A stretch of DNA of 63,990 nucleotides, counting the filler, from Trichomonas gallinae (lineage: Eukaryota): assembly GCA_008369845.1 (NCBI GenBank). It is 5 parts of 5 records of this genome, joined end to end, with 100 filler letters (N's around TTAATTAATTAA, not from the genome) between each part and the next. Parts side by side here need not be neighbours in the genome. Positions count along the whole stretch, not along the records: positions 17,842 to 27,846 come from MRSU01000341.1; positions 27,947 to 47,502 come from MRSU01000349.1; 3 more parts are not named here. The stretch is one strand, 5' to 3'. The translations under genes were made by a program, and so were the position numbers. Shown piece after piece: positions 20,582-31,179 of the stretch. The notes under the pieces are model-generated. The model was given only the letters and a program-made list of their open reading frames with translations, ran no database searches and was not told the DNA's origin. Each line of letters starts with the position of its first letter. Position 1 is the first letter of the stretch.

Positions 20582-21154
20582 ATGTCTTCTGAGATCGCAA
20601 CCAAGTACAAAAGGTTCACACCAGAAGAGGATGCACTCATCAAGGAGCTCGTTGAAGTCAAAAAGATCAAGCCATGGAGCAAAGTTGCTGAATTCATTCC
20701 AGGAAGAACAGGCTCCCAGTGCAGAGATAGATACAACGCTTACTTATATGAGGAGGCTAGTACATCAAACTGGACTCCAGAAGAAGATAAAATCATCGTT
20801 GCCAAATATAAGGAATTTGGTCCAAGATGGGTTCAAATCTCCTCATTTCTCCCAGGCAGAAATGGTAACAGTGTTAAGAACAGATGGAATAAGGCATTAT
20901 CTAAGTACCACGAAATTGGATACAACTTAGCCAAGCAAGTTAGAAGGAACAAAGACCTGAAATACTCTAAAGGAAAGACAGAATCAATGAATCCAGAGGA
21001 GGTTTACAGCCCAGTCGAAGTTAAGAAGGATATCGAGGAAGAAAAGTCGATTCCAAATGCTTTAATCGATGCGATTATGTACAAACTCGAATATGAGTTC
21101 CACTTATTAGATTACCTCGATGAAAATTCCATCGACAATGCGTTTATCTTGTAA
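20582..21154 (+). CDS. R2R3 Myb transcription factor
   Basis: FTPEED...WSKVAEFIPGRTGSQCRDRYNAYL...WTPEED...GPRWVQISSFLPGRNGNSVKNRW. Confidence 0.95.
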   Translation: MSSEIATKYKRFTPEEDALIKELVEVKKIKPWSKVAEFIPGRTGSQCRDRYNAYLYEEASTSNWTPEEDKIIVAKYKEFGPRWVQISSFLPGRNGNSVKNRWNKALSKYHEIGYNLAKQVRRNKDLKYSKGKTESMNPEEVYSPVEVKKDIEEEKSIPNALIDAIMYKLEYEFHLLDYLDENSIDNAFIL

Positions 21155-21498
21155 ATATATAGAGTGTTATTTAAAATCAGTTTTCTCTTTCACCAAATCA
21201 TTTCTTAATATCTACAAACATCAATAATGAACATAAAATTCAATAATTCATAGATACAATACAAATATCAGTTCCCATATTGCTTGCCTCAATGAAAGTT
21301 ATTTTGCGCTGACCTTTTGCCAGCGGCTTCGATACATAAAAAATAAATATCAAAATCTAGGTTTCTTACCATGATAAACAGTTTCAATATAAGACGAAAA
21401 CTATAATTTCATTATCAATGGGGCTAAATTCATAAAATAAAAAAAATTAATCTTTGTCACTTTTACAATTTCGAACAAAGTATTTCAAATTTAATAGA

Positions 21499-22149
21499 AT
21501 GCTTTTCCTAATTTCGGAAACGTTAATAACTGAATCAAATTCAATACTTAGGAGAGCATACAAAAGCAAAATGCTTGATTTTGATGTCAGTGGGTCAAGT
21601 TCTCAGTATATTAATGGAAGTTTGCAATTAACAAAACCTGAATATGCATTTGATGGAGTTGATAAAAAATATGATTGGTGCTCAAGTTGCTTAGCATCAT
21701 ATGATGAACATCCATATATTATTCTCTCTGTTAAACAAAATACAATGAATATTCAAGGATATTATATCAGATCTGGATGCTGCAATAATAGATACTGCTG
21801 CTGTTATTCAACGGAAGCTTATTGCTGCGTATGTTGCCTCTACAGCTGGTCACTACAGATTTCGCAAGATAATGTTACATGGCAGACAGTTCACAAGGGC
21901 GAAAAAGACTTGGATTTGAAGCAGTGCAAAGACAAAACATTCAAATTCAGTACAACTTATAAAGCTAAATATGTTAGACTTATTCAAGATGAGTCATGCC
22001 CTGGAGATCCACCATGCATTGCATTGAACCAAATCGAATTAATTGGAAACATCGATGGTGACAATATTTTTGATGCTGATATTGAAAATGATGAGGAAGA
22101 TGTTAGCATCATTGGCCACATATCTAAGTCACATGCAACACTGAACTAA
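21499..22149 (+). CDS. F5/8 type C (discoidin/galactose-binding-like) domain protein, Cys-rich
   Basis: PEYAFDG...WCS...YSWSLQISQDNVTWQTVH...AKYVRLIQ...IELIG, with a Cys-rich insert; ATG at 21499. Confidence 0.75.
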   Translation: MLFLISETLITESNSILRRAYKSKMLDFDVSGSSSQYINGSLQLTKPEYAFDGVDKKYDWCSSCLASYDEHPYIILSVKQNTMNIQGYYIRSGCCNNRYCCCYSTEAYCCVCCLYSWSLQISQDNVTWQTVHKGEKDLDLKQCKDKTFKFSTTYKAKYVRLIQDESCPGDPPCIALNQIELIGNIDGDNIFDADIENDEEDVSIIGHISKSHATLN

Positions 22150-22617
22150 AGTATAAAACAAAAAATTCCAATTTTAATTTTTTGATGAAATATTAATCAT
22201 CAAAAAAATTAAAAAGGACAAGGAAAGAATTATTATTACCTTTGGTTATTCGATTTTATTATTATTTTTGGGTGTAAAACATAATGATTAAAATTAAAAG
22301 GGTCTGAAACAAAATAACAGGGAGATATTCAAATATAACCTTATTTAATTATTACATCACGAAATTTCAAAACTTATATAATTTATAACAGGAAAACAAA
22401 TGCTCCCTATTTTTGCTAAAATTTTGGAATTTTTTATGGAAAATTTTGACTTTTATGACAGAAGCGCTAAAAACTTGATTTTCATTAACATTTGCCTTGT
22501 TCACGTCATTCTAAAGAAATTAAAAATTTCTGTTAATCCGACAACTTTACATGACAGATTTTGTACTTTTTGGCGGCTTTCCATTGAAAAAAAAGTTTAC
22601 AAATAATTCTCCTTCAA

Positions 22618-25600
22618 ATGTCTAATGTTGTTAATGATAATAACAACATTATGCCAAGAACTTCATACAGCGAGGAGCCGAATATTGATTCGATTTTTAA
22701 CGCGAATGAAGACGATTACATGGGGATGCTCACCGATTTCAGAATGCCAATTGTTGAATTAATTGATGTTGTTCACACACATATAGTAGCTCCAGATGGA
22801 GCACTCAAATTCTTCGTTAAACTGCAAAACAAATCTTACCGCGATTCTCAATGGATTGATGAACCTAGAGGCAATGAACATAATAAACGAAAAGTCGATG
22901 AGTATCTCCGCTTGTACAAGAATTCACCACGTCAAAAGCCGTATTATGACCCAGACTACAATATTCCTTTCAAGATCATCGAGAGAAGCCCAGACAACAA
23001 ATACCGTGTCATGTGGAAAAACCTCGGTATAAACGATGCCACGTGGGAAACTCCTGAGTCTTTAAAGGACGAGAAGCTTATAAACGATTTTCTACAAAGC
23101 ACAACTCAATCGCAAATAATACCACAGATTTCGCCTATAGGACAACCCAGTCAGCAAGTCCAGCAATACAGGCCAGGATTTCGCGGTAATTCTAATGCTG
23201 CTTATATTTTAATGGCGCGAAATGTTCAAGATTACGGATGCTGTATATATATAACTACTAAAGGCGAAAATAGAGTTGCATTTATCGATTTGTTGCGCGA
23301 ACTTTCGAAAAATCCGCTAAATAATGGAAAATGCTTAATTATCGCTACAATCGATACCATATCAATATGGGAAGAAAGCTTTTCACGACTGTCAATTGCT
23401 TATACAAGATTATACGGAAAAGACTATGATACGTCAATTTTATCGAAAGGTTTCACGCCATCATTTGGAATCAATATAACTTATCAAATACATTTAACAT
23501 CATGCGAAGTATTAGCTGAAATTCCAAATACAATATGGAACTTTATAATTATCGATGATTCTTCAGATTCAATTCGTCCCAACATCAAATCTATATGTAC
23601 GGACTCAATATTGCAGGCGCAAAGAAAGGTAATCGTTACTAGTGATCAAATCGATGGATATCGACGATCGAGCTACGCAAATCTGTTTAACATTCAAGTT
23701 CCCTTCGATAAAGTCACTGTAAAGTCAGAGGCAACGTATCGATGCATATCAGACCCTTATACAGAATTTATGATCGAATGTCCAATAGATCCCATTCAAA
23801 TATCATATTACCTCGAAGTATTCCTTCAAAACAAGGAAAAAATCAAGAATCTTAAAAAATCCAACGAAAATTCAGTGAATAATGTTTTAATGTCGAGATT
23901 ACACAACGTTTGCAATCATCCAGCGATAGAATTTACAACAGATACAGTTATAGATAGATATATAAAAGATAATAAGTTAGACGCACGTACAGATGACGTG
24001 AAAATTGCTGCATTATTAAATACAAGCACAAAACTCTCAACAGCCAACAAAATAATCGAGTTTATAGCGAAAATAAATACGTTTCCAATCGCTTTTATCG
24101 TTAATCATCCATATTTACAGACCATATTATTAGAATTTTTCAGATTGAAGAATATCAAAGCAGTTGCTGGCGATAAAGATTATACAGAGGACCCAATGAA
24201 TCCACCACAAGTTACTATTTTGTTAAAAGTCGCAATTGGAAAACGCAAAAATATAATTTCAGCGAATAACTTTATTTTGTTTGATTGTCAGCCATCAGAC
24301 GACATAAAACTAATCAACGACATACGAATTCCGAAGAATAATGCAGAAGTAACCATTTACAGATTAATTACTAAAAATTCAATCGAAAGCTTAACTTACG
24401 GAACAAATCCAAGAAGCCAAAATAATTTGTTCAAGACATGCGCTGTAATAGCTATAGATGCATTAAACAAAGAGCAACCAACACAAGAATCAATAGAAGA
24501 AATTTTAGTTCAAGCGGAAAAGCATCGTGGAAGTCTTACTTCAACTACTCCAATGCCACTGTTTACAATCAATAAGGCATCTCCCAATTTCGACGACTCT
24601 GCGCTTTCATCAGATAATTTTTGGAACGCAATGCTTAAAAAAATCGAGTCAATTGTTAATAAAACGAATGACCAGGTAGATATGTCTATGCTAACACAAC
24701 CATCATCTTCACAACAGCAACAGGGACAAAAAAGAAAGAAGAAGAAAGATAATCAGCTCGAAGACATGATGAAACAGCAACAGCAGCAACAGCAGTTCCA
24801 GACACAGAACTACTTTATGCGCGGAAATTACGCTCAAATACAAATGCAAAATTTATATTGGAATCCACAATACAATAGAATGGTTCAGGGAGGATTCCCG
24901 CAGAATACAACATTTAACCAATACAGTCAATACGCTCCTACCCCTCAGCTACAAAACCAAGCATATATGAATCAGATGCAGATGTATTTACAGAAGAAAG
25001 ACGACATCCCATTGCAACAAAACACAGAACCACCAAAGCAGATACAAGAATATTCGATTTTTTCAACTTTGAACCACGCCGACGAAAACTCGAAAACTCC
25101 AGCGAGTTTCTTCGTTCCTCCTCCCAGTCTACCAGTCAAAGAACAAGAGAAGGAGCAGCCCTCGCTGTTTCCTCCTGGAACAGGCGAATTAATCAACTCT
25201 CAGAGCACAATTTTATCCCAAAATCGTAATTTCTTACAACAAATGGAAATGGAAAAACCAGTGGAAAAGGTACCGGTGATTTTGCCGAAAGTCGACGAAA
25301 ATAAAATCGAAGAAGAATCGAGTGACAATGATATTCCCACATATATAGGTTCTCCAACTATATACGAAGAACCAAAGAAACAAGAAGAGCCAAAGAAAAT
25401 CGAGGAACCAAAAACGAAAGAAAATAAAAAACGCGAAAAACCAAATAAAACTAAGCCAGTTAAACAGCCTAAAACAGAAGAAAAACAGAAAACTCCTGAT
25501 ATTTCAGACAACGAGCAGAAAATGTCTAAGCGCAGCAGCGACAACGACTTTAATAAAACATCAAAGAAGAAGACGAACTCGCCGTGTATATCATGGAATC

Positions 25601-27660
25601 AAAGCTTGTATCACGACTTTGTAAATACAATGTTGAAATTCGGTTTTAGTAGGACAGAAAAATTCGCAAGTATTCTTCGCGAAATAAATGGAATTGATCT
25701 AACAGGTGCCTGCCGTACAACAGTTAAATGGATGCAGATGAGTTGCGGCTACGATCTCGCTAAGTCTCCAATTATAGCAGATTTTCTGAACGGAAAGTCA
25801 CCATATGAAGAAGTCTTCGAGTCAGAGTTCAAACAAAAGTTTTTCTCAATCGCGTCGAAATCCGCCAAAAGCCGCCTGAAAAAGATAAACTTCATCGAAC
25901 TAAACGCGATGATTGTTACTACAGCGAATTCAGTCGACGAAATCGCATGTCCGACACTGAGCGCAAAATTCGGCGAATCATGGACAGCCGAAAAAGACAA
26001 ATTACTGATGAAATTAATCTACGAGAAAGGCTTGGGAGAGGTTACATCAGAAGACATTGGACTGGAAGACGTTATCAACCCAACAGAGAGATTCACCGCA
26101 CTAATAACACACATAGACAAATACGCGAACAAACTCGAAGAAGTCAACAATACAACAGTCGCAGAAGCATTGAGCAGAAAAGGCAAGAAAATGCCAGACA
26201 GGATAAATTCATCGAGTCTAAATGATGACATGACAGTCGAAGAGCACAAAGAGCTTATCAAGCTGATAGACATGAATGGCTACAACAACCCTGATGCTAT
26301 TATTTCGAAATTCATATCAACGAGACACACACAACAAGTCTACAAAAAATATATCGAAAAACTTATTGAAATTTCTTGCAAAATTGTTGAAGGAAATGAC
26401 GTAGACCAATCATGTCTTGTCGACAAACTCACAGAGCCAATCGCCAGGCGCATACACAGAACAGTCACGCTAATGCACGACTTGAAGGAGGCACTCGACA
26501 AAAACGAGATAACCAACAAAACACATAAAGAGTTGATGGAAATCGTTCTCGAAAAAGGTTTCGACGAAGCAGTCAAAACACAGCCAGTCATCGATTACAT
26601 GAACGGATACCCAAAGATAAGACCGCTGCAGAAAGAAATGAGAACATTATTGCATATATCAAGAGTCAGCGCAAAGATTCCAGCAACAACTGAAGTTAAA
26701 AGCGAACCAGTCAGCGCAAACACTGAAGAAGTTAATTACGGTGAACCAGAATTTCCGATTATCATCAATCCATCGCTCAAAGTCATTTCTTTGGGCGAAG
26801 TCGTCTATGACCGCGAAAATTATCACACTCCGAGATACATATACTGCCCTGGTTTCGTTTCTGAGCGTTTGTACGCGAGCATTGACAACCCAAGAGAAAA
26901 AGCGTGGTACAGGTCCCTGATTTTGGACGGCGGAGAAATCCCGATTTTCAGAGTCGAGCTCAAAGACAAGCCAGAGAAATATTACTGGGAAGGTCCTAAG
27001 CCTACTTCCCCTTGGTCTGCTGCAATCAAAGACATAGAAAGGAAGAGAAGCTCGCTCGGTTTCAGAAGCCATTCCGTGTCTGTTTCCGGCCCAGAAAGTT
27101 TTGGACTTGCTGCTCCGAAAATAATGTACTTTATATCTAAGCTACCAAACGCTGATAAATGCAAGAGATACGCAGCACCCGGAACAACTGGCCGCCAGTC
27201 TGAAATTGAAGACCAGACGAATCCACCCGAAAAACATTTTACAGCAGATAAGCATCCAAGTTCTGAAAAACACATAGAAACAAAACACCAAGAAACAAAG
27301 CCCAGACCTCGACAGAAGAAAGAAATTCAACCAGTGGAGCAAGATTTACCTATTTTAGTCGGAAGCCAGGAAGAAACAGAGAAAAAACCAATGAAGAAAT
27401 ACATAGATCCAAGAAAAATCGATGACGTCAAAAGATTTGTTGTTGACAGTTCTGAAGATGACGCTGCTCCTGAGCCAGAGTCTGAATCGCCTTTATCTGA
27501 TTCTTTCTCTGACTACAGCGACGAGCCAGTTATTACGAACTCTCGCTCGCCGAAGTTAGTTTTCAACTTTAGGAAATTGTTAGCGATGAAACAAGAAAGC
27601 GAGATTCACATTGTTTTCCCCCGAAATCAAAATTACGCTGAGATCCTTAGGGGATTTTAG
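22618..27660 (+). CDS. CHD-like protein: tandem chromodomains, degenerate SNF2 region, C-terminal FYRN/FYRC
   Basis: Chromo motifs FFVKLQNKSYRDSQWI and YRVMWKNLGINDATWE; SNF2 remnants WNFIIIDD, RLHNVCNHP, VTIYRLITKNSIE; FYR motifs LKVISLGEV...IYCPGFVSERLY...SPWSAAI...VSGPESFGL; poly-Q region. Confidence 0.85.
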   Translation: MSNVVNDNNNIMPRTSYSEEPNIDSIFNANEDDYMGMLTDFRMPIVELIDVVHTHIVAPDGALKFFVKLQNKSYRDSQWIDEPRGNEHNKRKVDEYLRLYKNSPRQKPYYDPDYNIPFKIIERSPDNKYRVMWKNLGINDATWETPESLKDEKLINDFLQSTTQSQIIPQISPIGQPSQQVQQYRPGFRGNSNAAYILMARNVQDYGCCIYITTKGENRVAFIDLLRELSKNPLNNGKCLIIATIDTISIWEESFSRLSIAYTRLYGKDYDTSILSKGFTPSFGINITYQIHLTSCEVLAEIPNTIWNFIIIDDSSDSIRPNIKSICTDSILQAQRKVIVTSDQIDGYRRSSYANLFNIQVPFDKVTVKSEATYRCISDPYTEFMIECPIDPIQISYYLEVFLQNKEKIKNLKKSNENSVNNVLMSRLHNVCNHPAIEFTTDTVIDRYIKDNKLDARTDDVKIAALLNTSTKLSTANKIIEFIAKINTFPIAFIVNHPYLQTILLEFFRLKNIKAVAGDKDYTEDPMNPPQVTILLKVAIGKRKNIISANNFILFDCQPSDDIKLINDIRIPKNNAEVTIYRLITKNSIESLTYGTNPRSQNNLFKTCAVIAIDALNKEQPTQESIEEILVQAEKHRGSLTSTTPMPLFTINKASPNFDDSALSSDNFWNAMLKKIESIVNKTNDQVDMSMLTQPSSSQQQQGQKRKKKKDNQLEDMMKQQQQQQQFQTQNYFMRGNYAQIQMQNLYWNPQYNRMVQGGFPQNTTFNQYSQYAPTPQLQNQAYMNQMQMYLQKKDDIPLQQNTEPPKQIQEYSIFSTLNHADENSKTPASFFVPPPSLPVKEQEKEQPSLFPPGTGELINSQSTILSQNRNFLQQMEMEKPVEKVPVILPKVDENKIEEESSDNDIPTYIGSPTIYEEPKKQEEPKKIEEPKTKENKKREKPNKTKPVKQPKTEEKQKTPDISDNEQKMSKRSSDNDFNKTSKKKTNSPCISWNQSLYHDFVNTMLKFGFSRTEKFASILREINGIDLTGACRTTVKWMQMSCGYDLAKSPIIADFLNGKSPYEEVFESEFKQKFFSIASKSAKSRLKKINFIELNAMIVTTANSVDEIACPTLSAKFGESWTAEKDKLLMKLIYEKGLGEVTSEDIGLEDVINPTERFTALITHIDKYANKLEEVNNTTVAEALSRKGKKMPDRINSSSLNDDMTVEEHKELIKLIDMNGYNNPDAIISKFISTRHTQQVYKKYIEKLIEISCKIVEGNDVDQSCLVDKLTEPIARRIHRTVTLMHDLKEALDKNEITNKTHKELMEIVLEKGFDEAVKTQPVIDYMNGYPKIRPLQKEMRTLLHISRVSAKIPATTEVKSEPVSANTEEVNYGEPEFPIIINPSLKVISLGEVVYDRENYHTPRYIYCPGFVSERLYASIDNPREKAWYRSLILDGGEIPIFRVELKDKPEKYYWEGPKPTSPWSAAIKDIERKRSSLGFRSHSVSVSGPESFGLAAPKIMYFISKLPNADKCKRYAAPGTTGRQSEIEDQTNPPEKHFTADKHPSSEKHIETKHQETKPRPRQKKEIQPVEQDLPILVGSQEETEKKPMKKYIDPRKIDDVKRFVVDSSEDDAAPEPESESPLSDSFSDYSDEPVITNSRSPKLVFNFRKLLAMKQESEIHIVFPRNQNYAEILRGF

Positions 27661-27846
27661 CATATAATATATTTTTGTTATTTATTTTTTTTTTAAATGT
27701 TTGTTAATATATTATAATTCATCAAAATTATCTATATCGTTATTATACTATTTTTGGTAATTTTAACTTAAGGATGCCCTGCACTTCCATAAATATATTG
27801 CAAATATATAGTATATATCATGGTTAAAATTTTAGATCTTAAAAAT

Positions 27847-27946
27847 NNNNNNNNNNNNNNNNNNNNNNNNNNNNNNNNNNNNNNNNNNNNTTAATTAATT
27901 AANNNNNNNNNNNNNNNNNNNNNNNNNNNNNNNNNNNNNNNNNNNN
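27847..27946. other. Artificial contig linker
   Basis: N44-TTAATTAATTAA-N44. Confidence 0.97.
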
Positions 27947-28185
27947 TTTATTTTTTAAATGATAAAATTATGACATGTAAACTAAATATACATAAAAAAA
28001 ATATAAAAACGTGCCAAAAGCTAGTTGATATTTTGTTTTATGCTGATTTTATTGGTAAAGATTCTGGCTGTGAATGATTAGAATATAGAACATTTTATTT
28101 ATACTATAAAACTAATATGATTGTAGATAAATTATTTGCATAGACAACTTTTTTTTGGGCAAAATGAAACAACTATAAATTATAA

Positions 28186-29670
28186 TTATTTCTTAGCCTT
28201 GTTCTTTCCAGCCATCCATGCTTGTCTCATTGAAGCCTCGAGGCCTTCAATACCACCAACACTTCTGAGCATCTCCTTGTCCATAGATTTAGCCATCTTC
28301 ATGACCTGCTCCTTGAATTGACGCTCGTTTGCGAAGTTTGGCTGCTCAGCTTGAGCCATAATTGAAAGTGTCTTCTTATCCATCCTCTTGAACATCGATT
28401 CCCATCTCCTCTGCTCGTTGATGACGTACTGGACGAATGGCGGCGGCATTCCACAACCAGCGGCCAATCTAATGATTCTGCTTTCTTCTTTGAAGAGTTG
28501 TGGGTTCTCAAGCTCTGTTGTAGACATGGCGTCGATGACAATGAGAATCCTTCTGACTGTGTCTTTGGTTTGTTCTGGGTCGTTACGATTCTGATTTGCC
28601 ATACCTTGGGCAGCTGAGATAGATTCAAGCATGTTGTTGAAGTTACCAACATCCAAAACCATCTTGTATTGGTTGTAGAGGTCCTTGAATGAGAATTTAC
28701 CTTGTTGAATATGTTCTGCGATTTCCTTGTTAGCTTCCTTGTCGATTTCTTCGAGTGTACGCTGAATGACACCAGGATCTGTGATTCCGAGCAGTCTGGA
28801 GACGAAAGACTTCGGATCGAACCATTCGAGATCTGTGAACTGTTCACCAGAACCAATGAAGCTGATCGGAGAGTTAGTAGCGGCAACAGCTGAAAGGGCA
28901 CCACCACCTTTTGCGTTAGAATCGAGCTTTGTGATGATAATTGATCCGACACCGACGGCATTCTTGAAACCGAGGGCCTGGTCATAAGCAGCTTGACCAA
29001 TGGTACCATCCATAACGAAAATGATCTCGTGTGGGCAAACAGCTGCCGCGAGAGCCTTCATTTCTGCGAAAAGAGCTTCTTCCTGCATGTGACGACCAGA
29101 AGTATCGATAATAACGATCTCGTACTTCTCCTTCCTGAACTTCTCGATACCTTTAAGGGCGGCCTGAACCGGGTCTTGCTCTGTGAAATCGACGAAATAA
29201 GGAATTCTGGCCGTCTGAGCGTTCTGCATGAGCTGCTCACGAGCACCAGCACGGAAAGTATCTGCAGCGATGACACCGGTCTTCCAGTTCCTTCTCTTGT
29301 AGAAATTTGCTAATTTTGTGACGGTTGTAGTCTTACCAGCACCTTGCAAACCGACCATCATAAATATGTTCAGCATCTTCTTCACTGGCTTGTAAGCTGG
29401 AATGCCAGGGTCAATCAATTTGACCAACTCGTTGAAAACAGCTTTTTCGATGACTCTTCTCACAGAAAGGCCAGGCGGGATCTCTTTGAAGTTGATGGAG
29501 TCCTTCAGTTTGCGTGAGAATGCGAAAACAATATCTTTCGAAACGTCAGCCGCAATCAAGCTTTTCGCAACTTCAGCCATGAACGAGATGTAGACTTTCT
29601 CGTCGATAGTCTTCGACTCTGAGAGCTTCTTGATGCTCCCCATAAGTCGCTCACCCAGATCTTGAAGCAT
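28186..29670 (-). CDS. SRP54: Signal recognition particle 54 kDa subunit
   Basis: GLQGAGKTTT, DTFRAGAREQL, DTSGRH, TKLDSNAKGGGALS, Met-rich M domain. Confidence 0.98.
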   Translation of the reverse strand: MLQDLGERLMGSIKKLSESKTIDEKVYISFMAEVAKSLIAADVSKDIVFAFSRKLKDSINFKEIPPGLSVRRVIEKAVFNELVKLIDPGIPAYKPVKKMLNIFMMVGLQGAGKTTTVTKLANFYKRRNWKTGVIAADTFRAGAREQLMQNAQTARIPYFVDFTEQDPVQAALKGIEKFRKEKYEIVIIDTSGRHMQEEALFAEMKALAAAVCPHEIIFVMDGTIGQAAYDQALGFKNAVGVGSIIITKLDSNAKGGGALSAVAATNSPISFIGSGEQFTDLEWFDPKSFVSRLLGITDPGVIQRTLEEIDKEANKEIAEHIQQGKFSFKDLYNQYKMVLDVGNFNNMLESISAAQGMANQNRNDPEQTKDTVRRILIVIDAMSTTELENPQLFKEESRIIRLAAGCGMPPPFVQYVINEQRRWESMFKRMDKKTLSIMAQAEQPNFANERQFKEQVMKMAKSMDKEMLRSVGGIEGLEASMRQAWMAGKNKAKK

Positions 29671-29740
29671 TTTCTAAAAAATATGATATTCAGGCCAAAA
29701 TAATCGTGTAATGTTCGTAAACTTTACGTGGAAATTTGAC

Positions 29741-30030
29741 GTCAGATTGTCAAATCGTATTTCTACAATTTTTGGACTTTTTATAACCTATATATTTCGA
29801 ATATTTTGACATCTCAAATTTGGTCATTTCTGTCAGATTGTCAAATTTATCAAATCTTAATTCTACAATTTTTGGACTGTTTATATGATATATATTTAGA
29901 ATATTTCAAAATATTAAATTTGGTCTTTTCTGTCAGATTTAATAAATCTTATTTTCCTGATTTTTGGACTTTATATATGATATATATTTAGAATATCTCG
30001 AAATCTAAAATTTGACCTTTTCTGTCAGAT
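29741..30030. repeat. Degenerate ~95-bp tandem triplication upstream of SRP54
   Basis: Three copies of GTCAGAT...TTTTTGGACT...TATATATTT(A/C)GAATAT...AAATTTG...TTTCTGTCAGA, starting near 29741, 29832 and 29932. Confidence 0.85.
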
Positions 30031-31179
30031 GATTTCTTTTGATGCCAACTATTTTTAAGCATTTTATTATAATATCCTTAATCAAATACATGAAATTATC
30101 ATATTTCACACTGAATTTTTGAGTTTTCACAAGATTATGAATTTTGAAAAATCAAAAAATAAGTAAATATATGCTATGCTTATGTATATTTCATAAAAAT
30201 TTATTTTTATCAGTATTTGAGCTCGTATATCAACTATATTTCCCATGAATTATCAATGTTCTTTCAAAAAGTAGGAATTGAACATAAAAGATACTGAAAA
30301 CAATTTATATCACATTAGTACATCCAAATATCTCATTGTCAATTAAAATTTTTAATATATACTTTTCGATATATCGCCTTAATATAATGGATATCTGATT
30401 GTAATCACATTGGTATTCAATATGAATGTGTGTGATAATACATAATATCAATATATAGTCAATAATTCTCATTTCTTCAACTCATCGATCAAATTATCTT
30501 TTTCTATAAAGCTCTTGTTCGCTTGAAATGCTCAGAAACACATTACAGCATACAAATAAACAATATTTTTGATCGAAAATATAGAATTATATCGAATAAC
30601 ATGCTTATTTTTGTATTTTGAAAATTTTGTCACTATATATAACAAATGCTGTTTCAATGTTGTCGGGCATGTTGTCAAACGTCTGTCTCAGTATTGTTGC
30701 ATATTAGCAGCATTTAAATCAATGCTGCATTTGTTAATCGAAACAAAACATATTGATATCAAAGCAATCACTTCATATATATATGCTGAAAAACTTATTC
30801 AAGCATTTTAATTGCCAAATCACTTCATCATTTTATCACAAGAAGATGGCAATATATATTGAAGATATGCAATTTTTAATTCAATTTTTATGCAAAGTCA
30901 TAATATATATATTCCAACTCGGAATAATGAGCTACCTTTTTTGTCATCAAGACATATAAATATGCGGGAAATATCATGTATTCGTATAGCATTTTAACTT
31001 GTTAAGTCTACGTCATTGAAATATCAGATTAAAATCCCATGCATTTTTCAAGCACATTAGTTATCTCAATAGTTCTATCGCGATGATTTTAGTTCTTTAC
31101 TAACATCGTTCATTCTTTGTATGTCTCTTATATATACAAGCTCATCAAACCTAAGATTTGACGTATATCAAAAATCATA

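Noticed and set aside
22172..22214. Hairpin downstream of the discoidin gene as a terminator
   Set aside because: Arms are almost all A/T runs, expected by chance, and intrinsic terminators do not apply to eukaryotic Pol II genes.
28299..29009. 236-aa alternative-frame ORF overlapping SRP54
   Set aside because: Shadow ORF produced by the codon bias of a conserved gene; Ser/Leu-rich with no recognisable domain.
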